Shown piece after piece: positions 1-13,104 of a stretch of 64,000 nt of DNA; position 1 is the stretch's first letter; the number at the start of each line of letters is the position of its first letter. The stretch lies in assembly GCA_024277435.1 (NCBI GenBank), contig JAJRVJ010000028.1:97300-161299 (forward strand), written 5' to 3'. The notes beneath the pieces are model-generated. The model made no database searches. It was given only the letters and a program-made list of their open reading frames with translations, and had not been told where the DNA came from. Position numbers and translations under genes: made by a program. The stretch is from Patescibacteria group bacterium. GTDB taxonomy: Bacteria > Patescibacteriota > Patescibacteriia > UBA9570.

Positions 1-2
1 AG

Positions 3-935
3 CCAGTATTACTGGAAGGCACCGAACGCAATGTAATTGCCGTTATTGGTGATGAGCGCATTATGGATGAGCATGTGCTAAATGCCATGCCAGGTGTAGA
101 AAAAGTAATGCCAGTACTTGCACCATTCAAATTAGCTTCAAAAAATATTCGTGGTCAATCCACTGTTCAAATTACAGATGATATTGAGGTAGGTGGAAAA
201 CGTCTAGCTATTATGGCTGGTAATTGTGCTGTAGAAACAATTGAAACATCAATGGCTACAGCCCAAGCTGTACAGGCTGCGGGTGGCAATATCCAACGCG
301 GCGGTGCATACAAGCCACGTACTTCACCATACTCCTTTCAAGGTCTTGGTACAGAAGGTTTAGAAATTCTTACCGAGGTAAAAAAGCAAACGGGAATGCC
401 AATTATTACTGAAATTTTAGATCCTCGTCATGTAGAATCAGTGGCCGAGCACGCTGATATTATGCAGGTAGGTACCCGTAATATGCAAAATTACGAGCTC
501 TTACGTGAGCTTGGTAACATAAAAAAACCAGTATTATTGAAGCGTGGAATGTCTGCCACTATTGAAGAATTTCTTATGTCTGCTGAATATGTATTATCAA
601 GCGGGAACCCAAATGTGATTTTGTGTGAGCGCGGTATTCGCACATACGAAACAGCAACGCGTAACACATTAGATATTTCTGCTATCCCTGTATTAAAAGA
701 AATGACGCATTTACCGGTAATCGTGGATCCTTCTCATGCGGCAGGGAAGCGTGATTATGTTCCAGCCTTGGCTAAGGCAGCTATTGCCGCCGGAGCGGAT
801 GGCTTACTCATGGATGTGCATCCAGAGCCACCAAAATCTATGGTAGATCCAGATCAAGCTCTTACGTTCGATCAATTTACCGAACTAATGGAAGATATTA
901 AGAAAATTGCTGAAGCTGTTGGCCGTACTGTATAA
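3..935 (+). CDS. aroF: DAHP synthase type I-beta with N-terminal regulatory domain; 5' end lies outside the window
   Basis: Motifs RGGAYKPRTSPYSFQGLG, VLLKRG, LCERGIRT, DPSHAAG. The frame is open from base 3 (PVLLEGTERNVIAVIGDER), upstream of the ORF-track Met. Confidence 0.93.
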   Translation, partial: PVLLEGTERNVIAVIGDERIMDEHVLNAMPGVEKVMPVLAPFKLASKNIRGQSTVQITDDIEVGGKRLAIMAGNCAVETIETSMATAQAVQAAGGNIQRGGAYKPRTSPYSFQGLGTEGLEILTEVKKQTGMPIITEILDPRHVESVAEHADIMQVGTRNMQNYELLRELGNIKKPVLLKRGMSATIEEFLMSAEYVLSSGNPNVILCERGIRTYETATRNTLDISAIPVLKEMTHLPVIVDPSHAAGKRDYVPALAKAAIAAGADGLLMDVHPEPPKSMVDPDQALTFDQFTELMEDIKKIAEAVGRTV

Positions 936-953
936 GCCAGTATCCTAAGATAT

Positions 954-2429
954 ATGTTTTACCGGCGCACCGTACAACCATTACCATATCATCAACCTCT
1001 GGAGACGTTTGAACGGTTTCCAGAGGTTGTGCCGGGATTTCTATTGGAATCAGCAGATATTGCTCCCATTTACGGGCGCTTAAGTGTAATGAGTATTGAT
1101 CCGCCGCTGGAAGTTATTGGTAAAGATACAGAATTTACTATTCGGGCACTAAATAGACATGGTGACGTATTGCTAGCTACGCTAACTAAGGATTTATTTC
1201 CATTTGCTAACTCTATTTCATTAAGTACTACTGAAATTACTGGAACCGTAGAGCGCTCAATGGAGTTAATTGATGAAGGAAAACGTCAGCAACAAGATAA
1301 TATTTCCTCAGTAATTCGTATGCTATTGGAGCACTTCAAAACCACCGATTCATTTATGGGTTTGTATGGTGCTTTTAGCTATGATTTTGTACGATTGTTC
1401 GAGGATTTACCTAATCAACATGAAGTAATAGACGTTCCAGATTTTCATTTATACTTACCAGATATTCTGTATGTCTATGATCATCTCAAAGAAACAGCGG
1501 AGCTACGATACTATGATGTTTCAGAAACACTATTAGAGGATAGGTTAGGGGAGTTGCCGCAAGCCAAAGCCGAAAAGAAATTTGCTGTATCGGATTTACA
1601 ATCGAATTATTCGCAAGATGAATTCGAGCAAGGAGTTATTAAGGCGCAGAAGTACATGAAGCAAGGTGATATATTTGAAGTAGTGTTATCTCGTCAATTT
1701 ACTGGAGATTTTAATGGCTCAACTGTTGAGGTATATAAACGCTATCGTGATGCCAATCCATCGCCGTATATGTTTTATTTTCGATTTGGTAAACAGCCAG
1801 ACCAAACTACAGTACTTGGAGCGTCCCCAGAAATGTTTGTACGCGTTGAAGATAATACAGTGATGACTCGGCCAATTTCTGGAACCGCTCGGCGCAGTGA
1901 TGATCCACTAGAAGATTATCAAAATATGATGAATCTATTAAATAGTGTAAAAGAAAAATCTGAGCTTGATATGTTAATTGATCTAGCCCGTAATGATGTG
2001 TCGCGGGTATGTACGTCTGGCATAGAAGTAAGTGATTATCGTTATGTTGAAAAATATTCAAAAGTAATGCATACCATTGCCCATGTGCAAGGCAGTTTAG
2101 ACACAGAACAGTACTCTGCATTTGATGCATTTATTGCATGTTTAAATGCCGGTACGCTTACAGGTGCGCCAAAAATTCAAGCAATGAAGGTTATTGAAGA
2201 GCTCGAGCCAAAGCGTCGTGGATATTATGGAGGAAATGTTGGATACCTTACATTTAATAATGAATTGAATACCGGTATAATTATTCGCTCGGCAGTAATA
2301 AAGAATGGTACAATTCAAACTCAAGCTGGCGCTACATTATTATATGATTCTCAGCCAGAAGCTGAATATAGAGAAACCGAACATAAGGCTGCAGCGATAC
2401 TATCAATTATGAATACCCAGTCTACATAA
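954..2429 (+). CDS. trpE: Anthranilate synthase component I
   Basis: NPSPYMFY, GASPEMFVR, TRPISGT, MLIDLARND, GTLTGAPKIQAM, YGGNVGY; first gene of the trp block. Confidence 0.93.
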   Translation: MFYRRTVQPLPYHQPLETFERFPEVVPGFLLESADIAPIYGRLSVMSIDPPLEVIGKDTEFTIRALNRHGDVLLATLTKDLFPFANSISLSTTEITGTVERSMELIDEGKRQQQDNISSVIRMLLEHFKTTDSFMGLYGAFSYDFVRLFEDLPNQHEVIDVPDFHLYLPDILYVYDHLKETAELRYYDVSETLLEDRLGELPQAKAEKKFAVSDLQSNYSQDEFEQGVIKAQKYMKQGDIFEVVLSRQFTGDFNGSTVEVYKRYRDANPSPYMFYFRFGKQPDQTTVLGASPEMFVRVEDNTVMTRPISGTARRSDDPLEDYQNMMNLLNSVKEKSELDMLIDLARNDVSRVCTSGIEVSDYRYVEKYSKVMHTIAHVQGSLDTEQYSAFDAFIACLNAGTLTGAPKIQAMKVIEELEPKRRGYYGGNVGYLTFNNELNTGIIIRSAVIKNGTIQTQAGATLLYDSQPEAEYRETEHKAAAILSIMNTQST

Positions 2430-2434
2430 ATTCT

Positions 2435-3076
2435 ATGAAGCAGAATATCAGAACACAATCTAAAGAAAAAATCCCCGCAGAAAAGAATACATCAAAGAAT
2501 GTTGTAGTAATTGATAATTTTGATTCATTCACATTTAATTTGGTTGATTATTTTAAACAAGCCGGAGCAGAACTTACTGTATATAGAAACGCTGCGGCTA
2601 TATAAACAATCGAAGATCTTCAACCTGATCTTATTGTGTATTCCCCGGGACCTGGTAATCCGCAGCAGGCTGGTAACGTACTGCAATACATTACACATTT
2701 TGCAGGGAAGATTCCACAATTTGGTGTATGTTTAGGGATGCAAGCTATGATTGAAGCGTTTGGCGGAACATTACGAGTGCTTGATGAGCCAGTGCACGGT
2801 AAAGCTTCGGCTGTTCAGCATGATGGAAAAGGTATTTTTAAAGATCTATCAAATCCAATGGAGGTTGGTCGTTATCATTCATTAGCTGCTAAAGTAATGC
2901 CGGAAAACTTTGAAATATCAGCCACAACTGTAGATAGAGATAATGATAAAGTAGTGATGGCCATTCGTCATAACACACTTCCTATAGTTGGTGTGCAGTT
3001 TCATCCAGAGTCTATCCTTACATATAAAGATCAAGCTGGTTTGCAAATGATTCATAATGTAATGAGTAGTATTTAG
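2435..3076 (+). pseudogene. trpG: Anthranilate synthase component II (glutamine amidotransferase) with one in-frame TAA at 2603-2605 (pseudogene or sequencing error)
   Basis: ATG 2435 reads ...VVVIDNFDSFTFNLVDYF...YRNAAAI*TIEDLQPDLIVYSPGPG...GVCLGMQ...RYHSL...GVQFHPES in one frame. Confidence 0.88.
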
Positions 3077-3078
3077 TT

Positions 3079-4062
3079 ATGGAAAAAGTATTACGCGCAA
3101 TTCAGCAGGGTGAAACCCTTACGCAACAACAAGCTGAAGCTGCAATGGACACAATGATGTCTGGCAAGGCAGATCCTATTCAAGCTGGTGCATTATTAAT
3201 GGCATTAGCAACTCGCGGAGAAACTGCCGATGAAGTAATTGGTATGTTGCGTAGTATGCGCAAGCATATGACCACCATTGATTTAGAAGTTCCGGTATTA
3301 GATACCTGCGGTACAGGAGGGGATGGCATGAATACATTTAACATTTCTACAGCTGTTGCCTTAGTATGCGCCGCTCTTGGTGTGGCCGTAGCTAAACATG
3401 GTAATCGCGCTGCTAGTTCTAAATGTGGTAGCGCAGATATTCTAGAAGCACTTACTATTCCTATTGAGCTGACTGGTGATGCTGCTAAAAAATATTTTTC
3501 TAATAATAATTTTGTGTTTCTTTATGCACGCAAATATCATGCAGCTATGAAACATTTAGCACCTATCCGCAAGGCATTAGGGGTTCGTACTATTATTAAT
3601 TTTCTTGGACCACTTTCTAATCCCGCTCAGGCTAAACATCAGCTTGTAGGTGTATCTGATCCACTAAAAGCTTAAATTATTGGCCAGGCATTAATCGAGT
3701 TAGGTTCGCAACATGCCATTATTGTGTATAGTGATGATGGTTTAGATGAGGCGAGTATTGCGGCACCTACCTCGGTGCTAGAAATGACACCAACCGATAC
3801 GAAGCGCTATCGTATTGAGCCGCGCACAATGTATACCATTGAAGAGATTCGAGGCGGTGATCCAGAGCATAATGCTGAAATAATGAAGCAATTAGCTGAC
3901 GGCAAAGGTTCGGCTGCATTAATTGAAGTGGTGGCAATGAACGCTGGTCTAGCGTTGCTGGCTGCTGACGCTGTATCTTCTTATGAAGAAGGTAAGCTTC
4001 AGGCAGAACAATTATTACGATCACATAAGTTATCTGATATTCTCAATAAAATGCAACAATAA
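3079..4062 (+). pseudogene. trpD: Anthranilate phosphoribosyltransferase with one in-frame TAA at 3673-3675
   Basis: DTCGTGGDG, NISTA, KHGNRAASSKCGSAD; after DPLKA* the same frame continues IIGQALIELG...SDDGLDE...NAGLAL. Confidence 0.88.
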
Positions 4063-4066
4063 CCAT

Positions 4067-4855
4067 ATGGTCGGAACATTTCTTGATACAATGTATGAAT
4101 ATAAAGTAGAGGAAGTGATGCAACGTAAGCAACAGAAATCACTTATTGATTTGAAGCAGGAAGTGGTAGATTATTCTGTTGAAGGACGTGATTTTGTTGC
4201 CAGCCTTCAAGCATCTGCACAACAACCTGCTATTATTGCAGAATTCAAAATGGCTTCACCAAGTATGGGTGCGATTGCGCCGCAAGCTAATTTGGCGGCG
4301 GTTGTTAAATCGTACGCTGCTAATGGTGCAGCAGCAATTTCGGTACTTACCGATGAAGATTTTTTTCAAGGCTCACTTACAAATCTCACAGAAGCAAAAT
4401 CACACACCACATTACCGATATTGCGAAAAGATTTTATTGTAGACGAATATCAGGTGTATGAATCTGCTGTGGCCGGAGCCGATGCATTATTATTAATTAC
4501 CAGCATGTTAAGCGCAGAAAAATTGAGTACATTAGCGAGGTTGGCACGTGAGTTAGATATGCAGATTCTTATTGAGGTGCATGCTATAGAGGAGATTGAG
4601 CGCGCTGTGCAAGCGCATCCAGATATGTTGGGGATTAATAATCGAAATCTCCACACTATGGATGTTAATTTGCAAACATTTGCAGATTTAATAAAACACG
4701 TTCCAGATGATATGATAGTTATTGCTGAATCGGGAATATATACGGCAGATGATCTTACTTTTGTTAAAAAAGCGGGAGCGCATGCAGCGTTAATTGGTAC
4801 CAGCCTTATGAAGGCTACGGATCCTGGAAAGCAACTTGCAGAATTATGTCGGTAA
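4067..4855 (+). CDS. trpC: Indole-3-glycerol phosphate synthase
   Basis: IIAEFKMASPSMG, ISVLTD, PILRKDFI, GINNRNL, AESGI; ATG 4067 chosen because it follows the trpD stop. Confidence 0.95.
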   Translation: MVGTFLDTMYEYKVEEVMQRKQQKSLIDLKQEVVDYSVEGRDFVASLQASAQQPAIIAEFKMASPSMGAIAPQANLAAVVKSYAANGAAAISVLTDEDFFQGSLTNLTEAKSHTTLPILRKDFIVDEYQVYESAVAGADALLLITSMLSAEKLSTLARLARELDMQILIEVHAIEEIERAVQAHPDMLGINNRNLHTMDVNLQTFADLIKHVPDDMIVIAESGIYTADDLTFVKKAGAHAALIGTSLMKATDPGKQLAELCR

Positions 4856-5475
4856 CATCTCCTCAAGTAAAAATTTGTGGTATCACCAATCGGGAAGATG
4901 CCTTGATGGCTGCCAAATTAGGCGCGGACTATTTAGGGTATATTCTTAATTATCCAAGCAGTCCACGATTTGTAGAACCGAGTCGTGCGAAAGGAATTAT
5001 TCAAGAGATCCGTCGTGAATATCCACGCGTGCAACATGTTGGCGTAGTAGTGGATGCAGATGCACATAGTATTAATCAGTTGGTTACAGGACTTGGCTTG
5101 CAGGTTGTGCAATTACATGGCAACGAGCCATTAGATACAGTACAAGCGATACAAGGCGCAGAAGTATGGAAGGCTGTTGAATTACGTAATGCCAGTGGCT
5201 TACAAGCTATCGCCAAGTATAGAGATGTTGCTGATGGAATTCTTTTAGATTCAGGGAAGGGAACTGGCAAATCTATATCTGATCATTTATTGAGCAATGT
5301 AAAATTGCGAACTAAATTCATCTTGGCCGGTGGCATTACCCCAGATAATGTAACGAGAATCGTGAATGCATATGATCCAGATGTAGTTGATGTGAATTCT
5401 GGAGTTGAATCTGCGCCAGGAAAAAAGGACGCAGCCTTAGTGATGCGAATATTTCTAGCATTAGAAACAGTATGA
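4846..5475 (+). CDS. trpF: Phosphoribosylanthranilate isomerase
   Basis: VKICGIT, VQLHGNE, LAGGITPDNV, VDVNSGVE. Confidence 0.95.
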   Translation: MSVTSPQVKICGITNREDALMAAKLGADYLGYILNYPSSPRFVEPSRAKGIIQEIRREYPRVQHVGVVVDADAHSINQLVTGLGLQVVQLHGNEPLDTVQAIQGAEVWKAVELRNASGLQAIAKYRDVADGILLDSGKGTGKSISDHLLSNVKLRTKFILAGGITPDNVTRIVNAYDPDVVDVNSGVESAPGKKDAALVMRIFLALETV

Positions 5476-6695
5476 AGATTCCGAAAACATTATTTTTTAA
5501 AACTCAATTTGATGCTGATAAACAAGGGCATTTTGGAGAATTTGGTGGTAGATATGTACCAGAGATGCTTATTCCTGCCTTAGATGAATTGAATGCAGCT
5601 TACGAAGAAGCTAAGCATGATTCAGTTTTTATTCAACAAGTATTAGATTTATACAAACACTATATTGGCAGGCCATCAGCACTCTATTTTGCAGAACGGT
5701 TAACAGCTAAGTTGGGTGGCGCTAAAATATATTTAAAAAATGAAGGCCTTAATCATACTGGCGCGCATAAGATTAATCATTGCGTAGGCCAGGCCCTTCT
5801 GGCGCAGCGCATGAATAAAAAGCGGTTAATTGCAGAAACTGGTGCTGGCCAACATGGTGTGGCCACTGCAACAGTTGCCGCGAAGTTTGGATTTGCATGC
5901 ACGGTGCATATGGGAGAAGTAGATATGGAGCGCCAGGCGCCAAATGTGCAATTAATGAAGCAGCTCGGCGCTGAGGTGATTCCTGTAAAAGAAGGGAACC
6001 GAACATTGAAAGATGCGGTAACCAGTGCTATCCAAGATTGGATGGGTGATCCGGAAGATGCATATTATTTACTTGGCTCGGCGCTTGGACCACACCCATA
6101 TCCAACGATGGTACGTGATTTTCAAAGTATTATTGGAATGGAGATTGCTGAACAATTACAGGAGCGTGAAGGTGTAGGTGTGTTGCCAAATTACTTGGTA
6201 GCCTGTGTTGGCGGCGGCAGTAATGCCATCGGAATGTTTAATGCATTCTTAGATGTACCAGAAGTGCAACTAATTGGCGTAGAGGCGGGTGGCACAGATA
6301 TTTATACACCTGGCCAGCATGCTACACGCTTAGCCAGCACGCCGCAATTAGGAGTGGTAGAGGGGTATAAATCATACTTCTTGCAAGATGAGCATGGTAA
6401 TGTAGAAGCAACACACAGTATATCAGCCGGATTAGATTATGCTGGTATTGGCCCGCAACATGCATATCTGCACTCGGTGGGTCGGGTGCGGTACGAATCG
6501 GCTTCTGATAATGAGGCTCTTAATGCTGTGAAGACTACGAGTCATTTAGAGGGTATTATTCCAGCCTTAGAATCTGCCCATGCAATTGCGTACGTTATGC
6601 GTTTAGCTCCAACGCTTGTGCCAGATGAAATTGTGGTAGTGAATGTATCTGGTCGCGGTGATAAAGATCAACATATTTTGAAACAGTATCTATAA
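5472..6695 (+). CDS. trpB: Tryptophan synthase beta chain
   Basis: HTGAHKIN (PLP lysine), AETGAGQHG, CVGGGSNA, SISAGLDY, NVSGRGDKD. Confidence 0.97.
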   Translation: MKIPKTLFFKTQFDADKQGHFGEFGGRYVPEMLIPALDELNAAYEEAKHDSVFIQQVLDLYKHYIGRPSALYFAERLTAKLGGAKIYLKNEGLNHTGAHKINHCVGQALLAQRMNKKRLIAETGAGQHGVATATVAAKFGFACTVHMGEVDMERQAPNVQLMKQLGAEVIPVKEGNRTLKDAVTSAIQDWMGDPEDAYYLLGSALGPHPYPTMVRDFQSIIGMEIAEQLQEREGVGVLPNYLVACVGGGSNAIGMFNAFLDVPEVQLIGVEAGGTDIYTPGQHATRLASTPQLGVVEGYKSYFLQDEHGNVEATHSISAGLDYAGIGPQHAYLHSVGRVRYESASDNEALNAVKTTSHLEGIIPALESAHAIAYVMRLAPTLVPDEIVVVNVSGRGDKDQHILKQYL

Positions 6696-6709
6696 ATTTG
6701 GATTTATTT

Positions 6710-8476
<1,767 letters not shown>

Positions 8477-8493
<17 letters not shown>

Positions 8494-10249
8494 AGCTAAA
8501 AAAACTGATCCAGTAACACCGCTGGCAAAGCCAATTAAATATTCTATCGCGGTACCTGGTTCAAAATCGTTGATGAATCGAGCGCTTATTTGTGCTGCCC
8601 TTGGTAAAGGGAAGTCTGTATTACGTAATCCAATATATTGTGATGATACGAATTACATGATGAACGCTTTAGAAAAATTAGGCGTACGTATTGTGAAAAA
8701 ACCTAATGCTGTATGGATATATGGTAAAGGTGGAAAGTTTACATCGCCACAGCGGCCATTGCATTTAGGAAATGCTGGAACTACAACCAGATTTCTTATA
8801 CCACTCGTTCCGGCCGGAACTATCGTTACCGGAAACAAGCATATGCAAAAACGGCCCCTTACCGATTTGCTCAAGGCTTTAGAAACATTAGGATATATTT
8901 ATGAAACAGAAACTGGTTGTCCGCCAGTAAAAATAGTTTCACGTAATCAAGCAACAAGTACAATTACCATCAAGGGTACGATGAGTAGTCAGTATATATC
9001 AGCATTATTGATGTTGGCTCCTACATTGCAAAAACGCTTAACCATCAACGTATCTGGTACGTTGGTTTCAAAACCATACGTAGCAATGACACTGCAAGTG
9101 ATGAAGGAATTTGGGATCAAGGTAACCAATAAAAATTTCAAACAATTTACAATTCAACCACAGACATATACTCCAACTACCTATGAAGTTGAGGGTGATG
9201 CGAGTAGCGCAACATATTGGTGGGCCTTAGCCGCTATTAGTGGAAGTACTATTACCGTTACGAATGTTCCTGAAGATACATTACAGCCAGATCGTGATAT
9301 TTTACGTGTGTTGGAAAAAATGGATTGTCGGGTAGAGGGTAATACCGTGATTGGACCAGTTACTTCCCCCAACGCCGTGGAAGTAAGTATGCGGCACATG
9401 CCTGATGCAGTGATGAGTGTGGCAATGGTAGCAGTCTGTGCGCGTGGTACCACAGTATTAAAGCAGATTGCGCATTTAGCAATTAAAGAAACGAACCGAT
9501 TAACAGTATTAGCTGATAATCTCAAGAATCTAGGAGTAAAGGTTAAGGTAACAAAAGATAGAATTGAAATAACTGGCCAGCCTAAGAAGTGGAAAAGGGG
9601 AGTGATTGCTACACACGATGATCATCGGTTTGCTATGGCATTTGGGATACTAGGTTTAGTACAGCCTGGAATTACTATTGATACACCAGCCTGCGTACGA
9701 AAAAGCTACCCAACATTTTGGAACGATCTACGTAGTATTCAGCGCCATAGTAAGGATCAAACCATTGTTCTTACTGGTATGCGTGGCTCAGGAAAAAGCA
9801 CATTAGCCAAACATTTGGCGAAGAAATACACTGCTACGTTAATTGATCTTGATAACGAAATTGAAAAAGAGTTAGGCATGACAATTAATCAGTTCATCGA
9901 TAAAAATCCATCTACGGGCTGGAAGGGCTTTCGTAAAGTAGAACGAGAGCTTACTAAAAAGTTTTCAAATCAAAAAAATACTATCATTGCTACCGGCGGA
10001 GGCACATTGATGTTTGATGAAAATTATGCTATTATAAAGCATAATTACATCGTATTTTTGAATTCACCATTAGCGGTGTTGAAGAAACGATTGGTGCAAG
10101 ATAGCAATAAACGCCCTGCGCTTTTACATGACACGCTTAAAGAATTAGGAAGTATCTGGCAGGAGCGTAAAAGCCAATATTATTTTGTGGCCGACCAAAT
10201 CTTTGACATGTATTACGTACACAAAGATGATCGCAGTTACTTTAACTAA
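8477..10249 (+). CDS. aroA: EPSP synthase fused to a C-terminal shikimate kinase (AroA-AroK)
   Basis: PGSKS, GNAGTTTRF, SSQYISALL, KETNRL, DHRFAM, KSYPTFW; then P-loop LTGMRGSGKST, DLD, ATGGG, RP. Confidence 0.92.
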
Positions 10250-11519
10250 TCCAAAACTTCTCAAGCTTGCGAATGCAACTCAAGCGGACTTTATTGAGAT
10301 ACGAACTGATCTTTATCCGAAAGCTAATTTTACAAATTTGTTAAACCGGTGTGAGAAGCCGGTTATTTTTACAATCAAGTCTGCACAAACTGTACTGCTC
10401 GATCATATTGATTCACCCAAAGTGAAGTATGTAGATATTGATTATCGTTTACACCGGTTGATTAGGGATTTTCGTACACTACGCCCTAAGCGTACAAAAT
10501 TAATTGTGTCGTATCACGATTACAAGGAAACCCGTTCTTGGAAAGAGTTGTCAGAACGTGTAACAAAATTACGCACACTCAAGCCAGACGTTATCAAAAT
10601 CGCTACAATGATTGAAGAGTTTGATGATTTGCACATCACGATGCGGCTACAAAAAAAATTAAAGAACAAAGGTATTGTTATTGGAATGGGGGACCTTGGT
10701 ATTATGTCGCGCATTTATAATAAGTCACTATTAACGTATGCACGGCTTAATGTAAAAACCACCGCAGCCCCTGGTCAGTTAACTGTTGATGAATTAAAGA
10801 GCATGCAACTGTATGGATTGGCTGGTCATAGAATTCAAGAGAGCTTAAGCCCTGTAATGCATAATGCAGCGTTTGAGCATTTTAAAATCCCGCATCTGTA
10901 TCAATTATGGGATACCACTGACGCTAAGAAGTTTATGGAGGTATTTAATTTCTTTGAACTTCCTGGGGCTTCTGTAACCATGCCGTTCAAACATGATGTG
11001 ATGCCGTATCTTGATAAAATAGATGTACATGCAAAAAAAATAGGGGCGGTGAATACACTAGTTCGCAAAGGTAACAAGATTATTGGATATAATACAGATT
11101 GGCTTGGTGTAAGAACAGCCTTAAAAGGAAAATTAAAAAATAAAAAGGTACTTATTCTTGGTTCTGGTGGTGCGGCAGCCGCGGTTTATTATGCGGCTAA
11201 AAAAAATCATGCTACATCTGTAAATATGCTTACGCGTCATGAAATGCCAACTGAAGAGGATGACTACGATGTGCTTGTAAATGCAACTCCTGTATACGAT
11301 ATGGTGCTAGTCCCAGAGGATTCGTTATATAGCAAAGTGGTTATGGATTGCAACTATGGTAAACCAACAGTTTTACTTAGGCAGGCAACACAAAAATCGC
11401 ATAAAGTAATTAACGGTTTACCAATGCTATTGCATCAAGGTGTAGAGCAGTTTACACTATGGACCGGTAAAAAAATGCCCGTCCGCAAAATAGAACAGTT
11501 ACTTAAAATATCACAATAA
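10227..11519 (+). CDS. aroE: Type I dehydroquinase fused to shikimate dehydrogenase (AroD-AroE)
   Basis: N-part IEIRTD, IVSYHDY, KIAT, GMG..G.MSR, APGQ; C-part SLSPVMHN, SVTMPFK, GAVNT, GYNTDW, LGSGGAA, MLLHQG. Confidence 0.9.
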   Translation: MIAVTLTNPKLLKLANATQADFIEIRTDLYPKANFTNLLNRCEKPVIFTIKSAQTVLLDHIDSPKVKYVDIDYRLHRLIRDFRTLRPKRTKLIVSYHDYKETRSWKELSERVTKLRTLKPDVIKIATMIEEFDDLHITMRLQKKLKNKGIVIGMGDLGIMSRIYNKSLLTYARLNVKTTAAPGQLTVDELKSMQLYGLAGHRIQESLSPVMHNAAFEHFKIPHLYQLWDTTDAKKFMEVFNFFELPGASVTMPFKHDVMPYLDKIDVHAKKIGAVNTLVRKGNKIIGYNTDWLGVRTALKGKLKNKKVLILGSGGAAAAVYYAAKKNHATSVNMLTRHEMPTEEDDYDVLVNATPVYDMVLVPEDSLYSKVVMDCNYGKPTVLLRQATQKSHKVINGLPMLLHQGVEQFTLWTGKKMPVRKIEQLLKISQ

Positions 11520-11526
11520 CAGTATT

Positions 11527-12516
11527 ATGGCGGCAGGAAATACAATAGGAACAGCATTTCGTTTAACTACTTGGGGTGAATCGCACGGCAAGGCTATTGG
11601 TGGTGTAGTGGATGGATGTCCAGCAGGAATTGAATTGACTGAAGCAGATATTCAAGTAGATTTAGATCGCCGTCGTCCTGGACAAAGTAGCATTACCACT
11701 GCTCGTAAAGAGCTAGATATCGTGGAAATTCTTTCCGGTGTATTTGAAGGTAAAACTACTGGCACACCAATTAGTTTGATTATTCATAATCAAGATCAGC
11801 GCTCAAAGGATTATAAAGATATTAAAGATAATTATCGCAAAGGCCATGCCGATGAAGTGTATGATTTAAAGTATGGTTTTCGTGACTATCGTGGCGGTGG
11901 AAGAGCCAGTGCCCGTGAAACGGCGATGCGTGTAGCCGGTGCAGCAATTGCAAAAAAAGTATTACCAAGCAAATTAAATGTAATCGCTCATTCTAAACAA
12001 ATTCAAGATGTTGTAGTAGAGAATCCAGATTTTTCTGTAATTGAAGATAATCCTGTACGAGCAGCTGATGCGGCGAAGGCAGAGGAGATGGTTGCACTTA
12101 TTAAAGAGGCGAGTCGTTCTAAGAATTCTCTTGGAGGCATTATTGAAATAATTGTACAGAACTGTCCAGTTGGTTTGGGTGAGCCTGTGTTTGATAAATT
12201 GAAAGCCGATTTTGCAAAGGCGCTACTCAGTATTCCAGCTGTAGTTGGTTTTGAATATGGTCAGGGCTTTGCTGTTGCCCATCTACAAGGTAGCGATAGT
12301 AACGAAATGGAAGCTGGTATGTACGGTGGAATTTCAAATGGCCAGGATATGGTTATGCGCATTGCACTTAAACCAACTGCTTCTATTGATGTGGGTGGAC
12401 GACACGACCCATGCTTATTACCACGGGCAGTGCCTATATGCGAGGCTATGGTGAATTTAGTATTGGGTGATCATTATCTACGTAATCAATCTACTCGTTT
12501 TGATAAGCTATCATGA
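11527..12516 (+). CDS. aroC: Chorismate synthase
   Basis: TTWGESHG, RRRPGQS, RDYRGGGRASARETAMRV, GRHDPC. Confidence 0.96.
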   Translation: MAAGNTIGTAFRLTTWGESHGKAIGGVVDGCPAGIELTEADIQVDLDRRRPGQSSITTARKELDIVEILSGVFEGKTTGTPISLIIHNQDQRSKDYKDIKDNYRKGHADEVYDLKYGFRDYRGGGRASARETAMRVAGAAIAKKVLPSKLNVIAHSKQIQDVVVENPDFSVIEDNPVRAADAAKAEEMVALIKEASRSKNSLGGIIEIIVQNCPVGLGEPVFDKLKADFAKALLSIPAVVGFEYGQGFAVAHLQGSDSNEMEAGMYGGISNGQDMVMRIALKPTASIDVGGRHDPCLLPRAVPICEAMVNLVLGDHYLRNQSTRFDKLS

Positions 12517-12534
12517 GAGCAACTAATAATACGT

Positions 12535-13104
12535 ATGAACGAGCACGATAAATTAGTAGGAGGAGAGGCTATCGAGCAGGGCATCAAGCCAATGGAGCTA
12601 ACGAGAGATGAGAGAGCAGTGTTAGTGGAGATGGATTTTAATGTGAATAATACTGTTACGGTACATGAAACCAGTATTGAATTTTGGACACTTCAAGAGG
12701 ATGATAATTTTAAGCCAAACTTAGAAGTACCTCTTACACAGATTCGGCTTGCAAATGAAAGGATTAGTCTAGCTATCGAGCGTATTGCAGCGGCTCTGCC
12801 AAAGCTTCAGGTCCACACTAATCCAGTTATTAGAGCATTACATCAACCTGTAGCAAATACTCTATCTATATTGCGGCGCGTTCATACTATTGGTATGGAG
12901 CTTGAAGTAAATATGGCCGCAAACCTTGAGTTTGAATATAGTGAAACATCTCCATTGGTAAGTAAATTTAATGGGTTTGCAGAAGAGTTACAGGCGTTAA
13001 TGATATCTGTGGAATCTGATATGATGGCGGTACAAAATAACTCAGCCTATAAAGCATATAGAGATCGCGGTGAATCATTACGTGGTACAATAGAATGGAT
13101 ATGA
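12535..13104 (+). CDS. Hypothetical protein (orphan-like, helical) inside the aro operon
   Basis: 189-aa ORF filling the aroC-pheA gap on the same strand; no motif recognised. Confidence 0.6.
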   Translation: MNEHDKLVGGEAIEQGIKPMELTRDERAVLVEMDFNVNNTVTVHETSIEFWTLQEDDNFKPNLEVPLTQIRLANERISLAIERIAAALPKLQVHTNPVIRALHQPVANTLSILRRVHTIGMELEVNMAANLEFEYSETSPLVSKFNGFAEELQALMISVESDMMAVQNNSAYKAYRDRGESLRGTIEWI

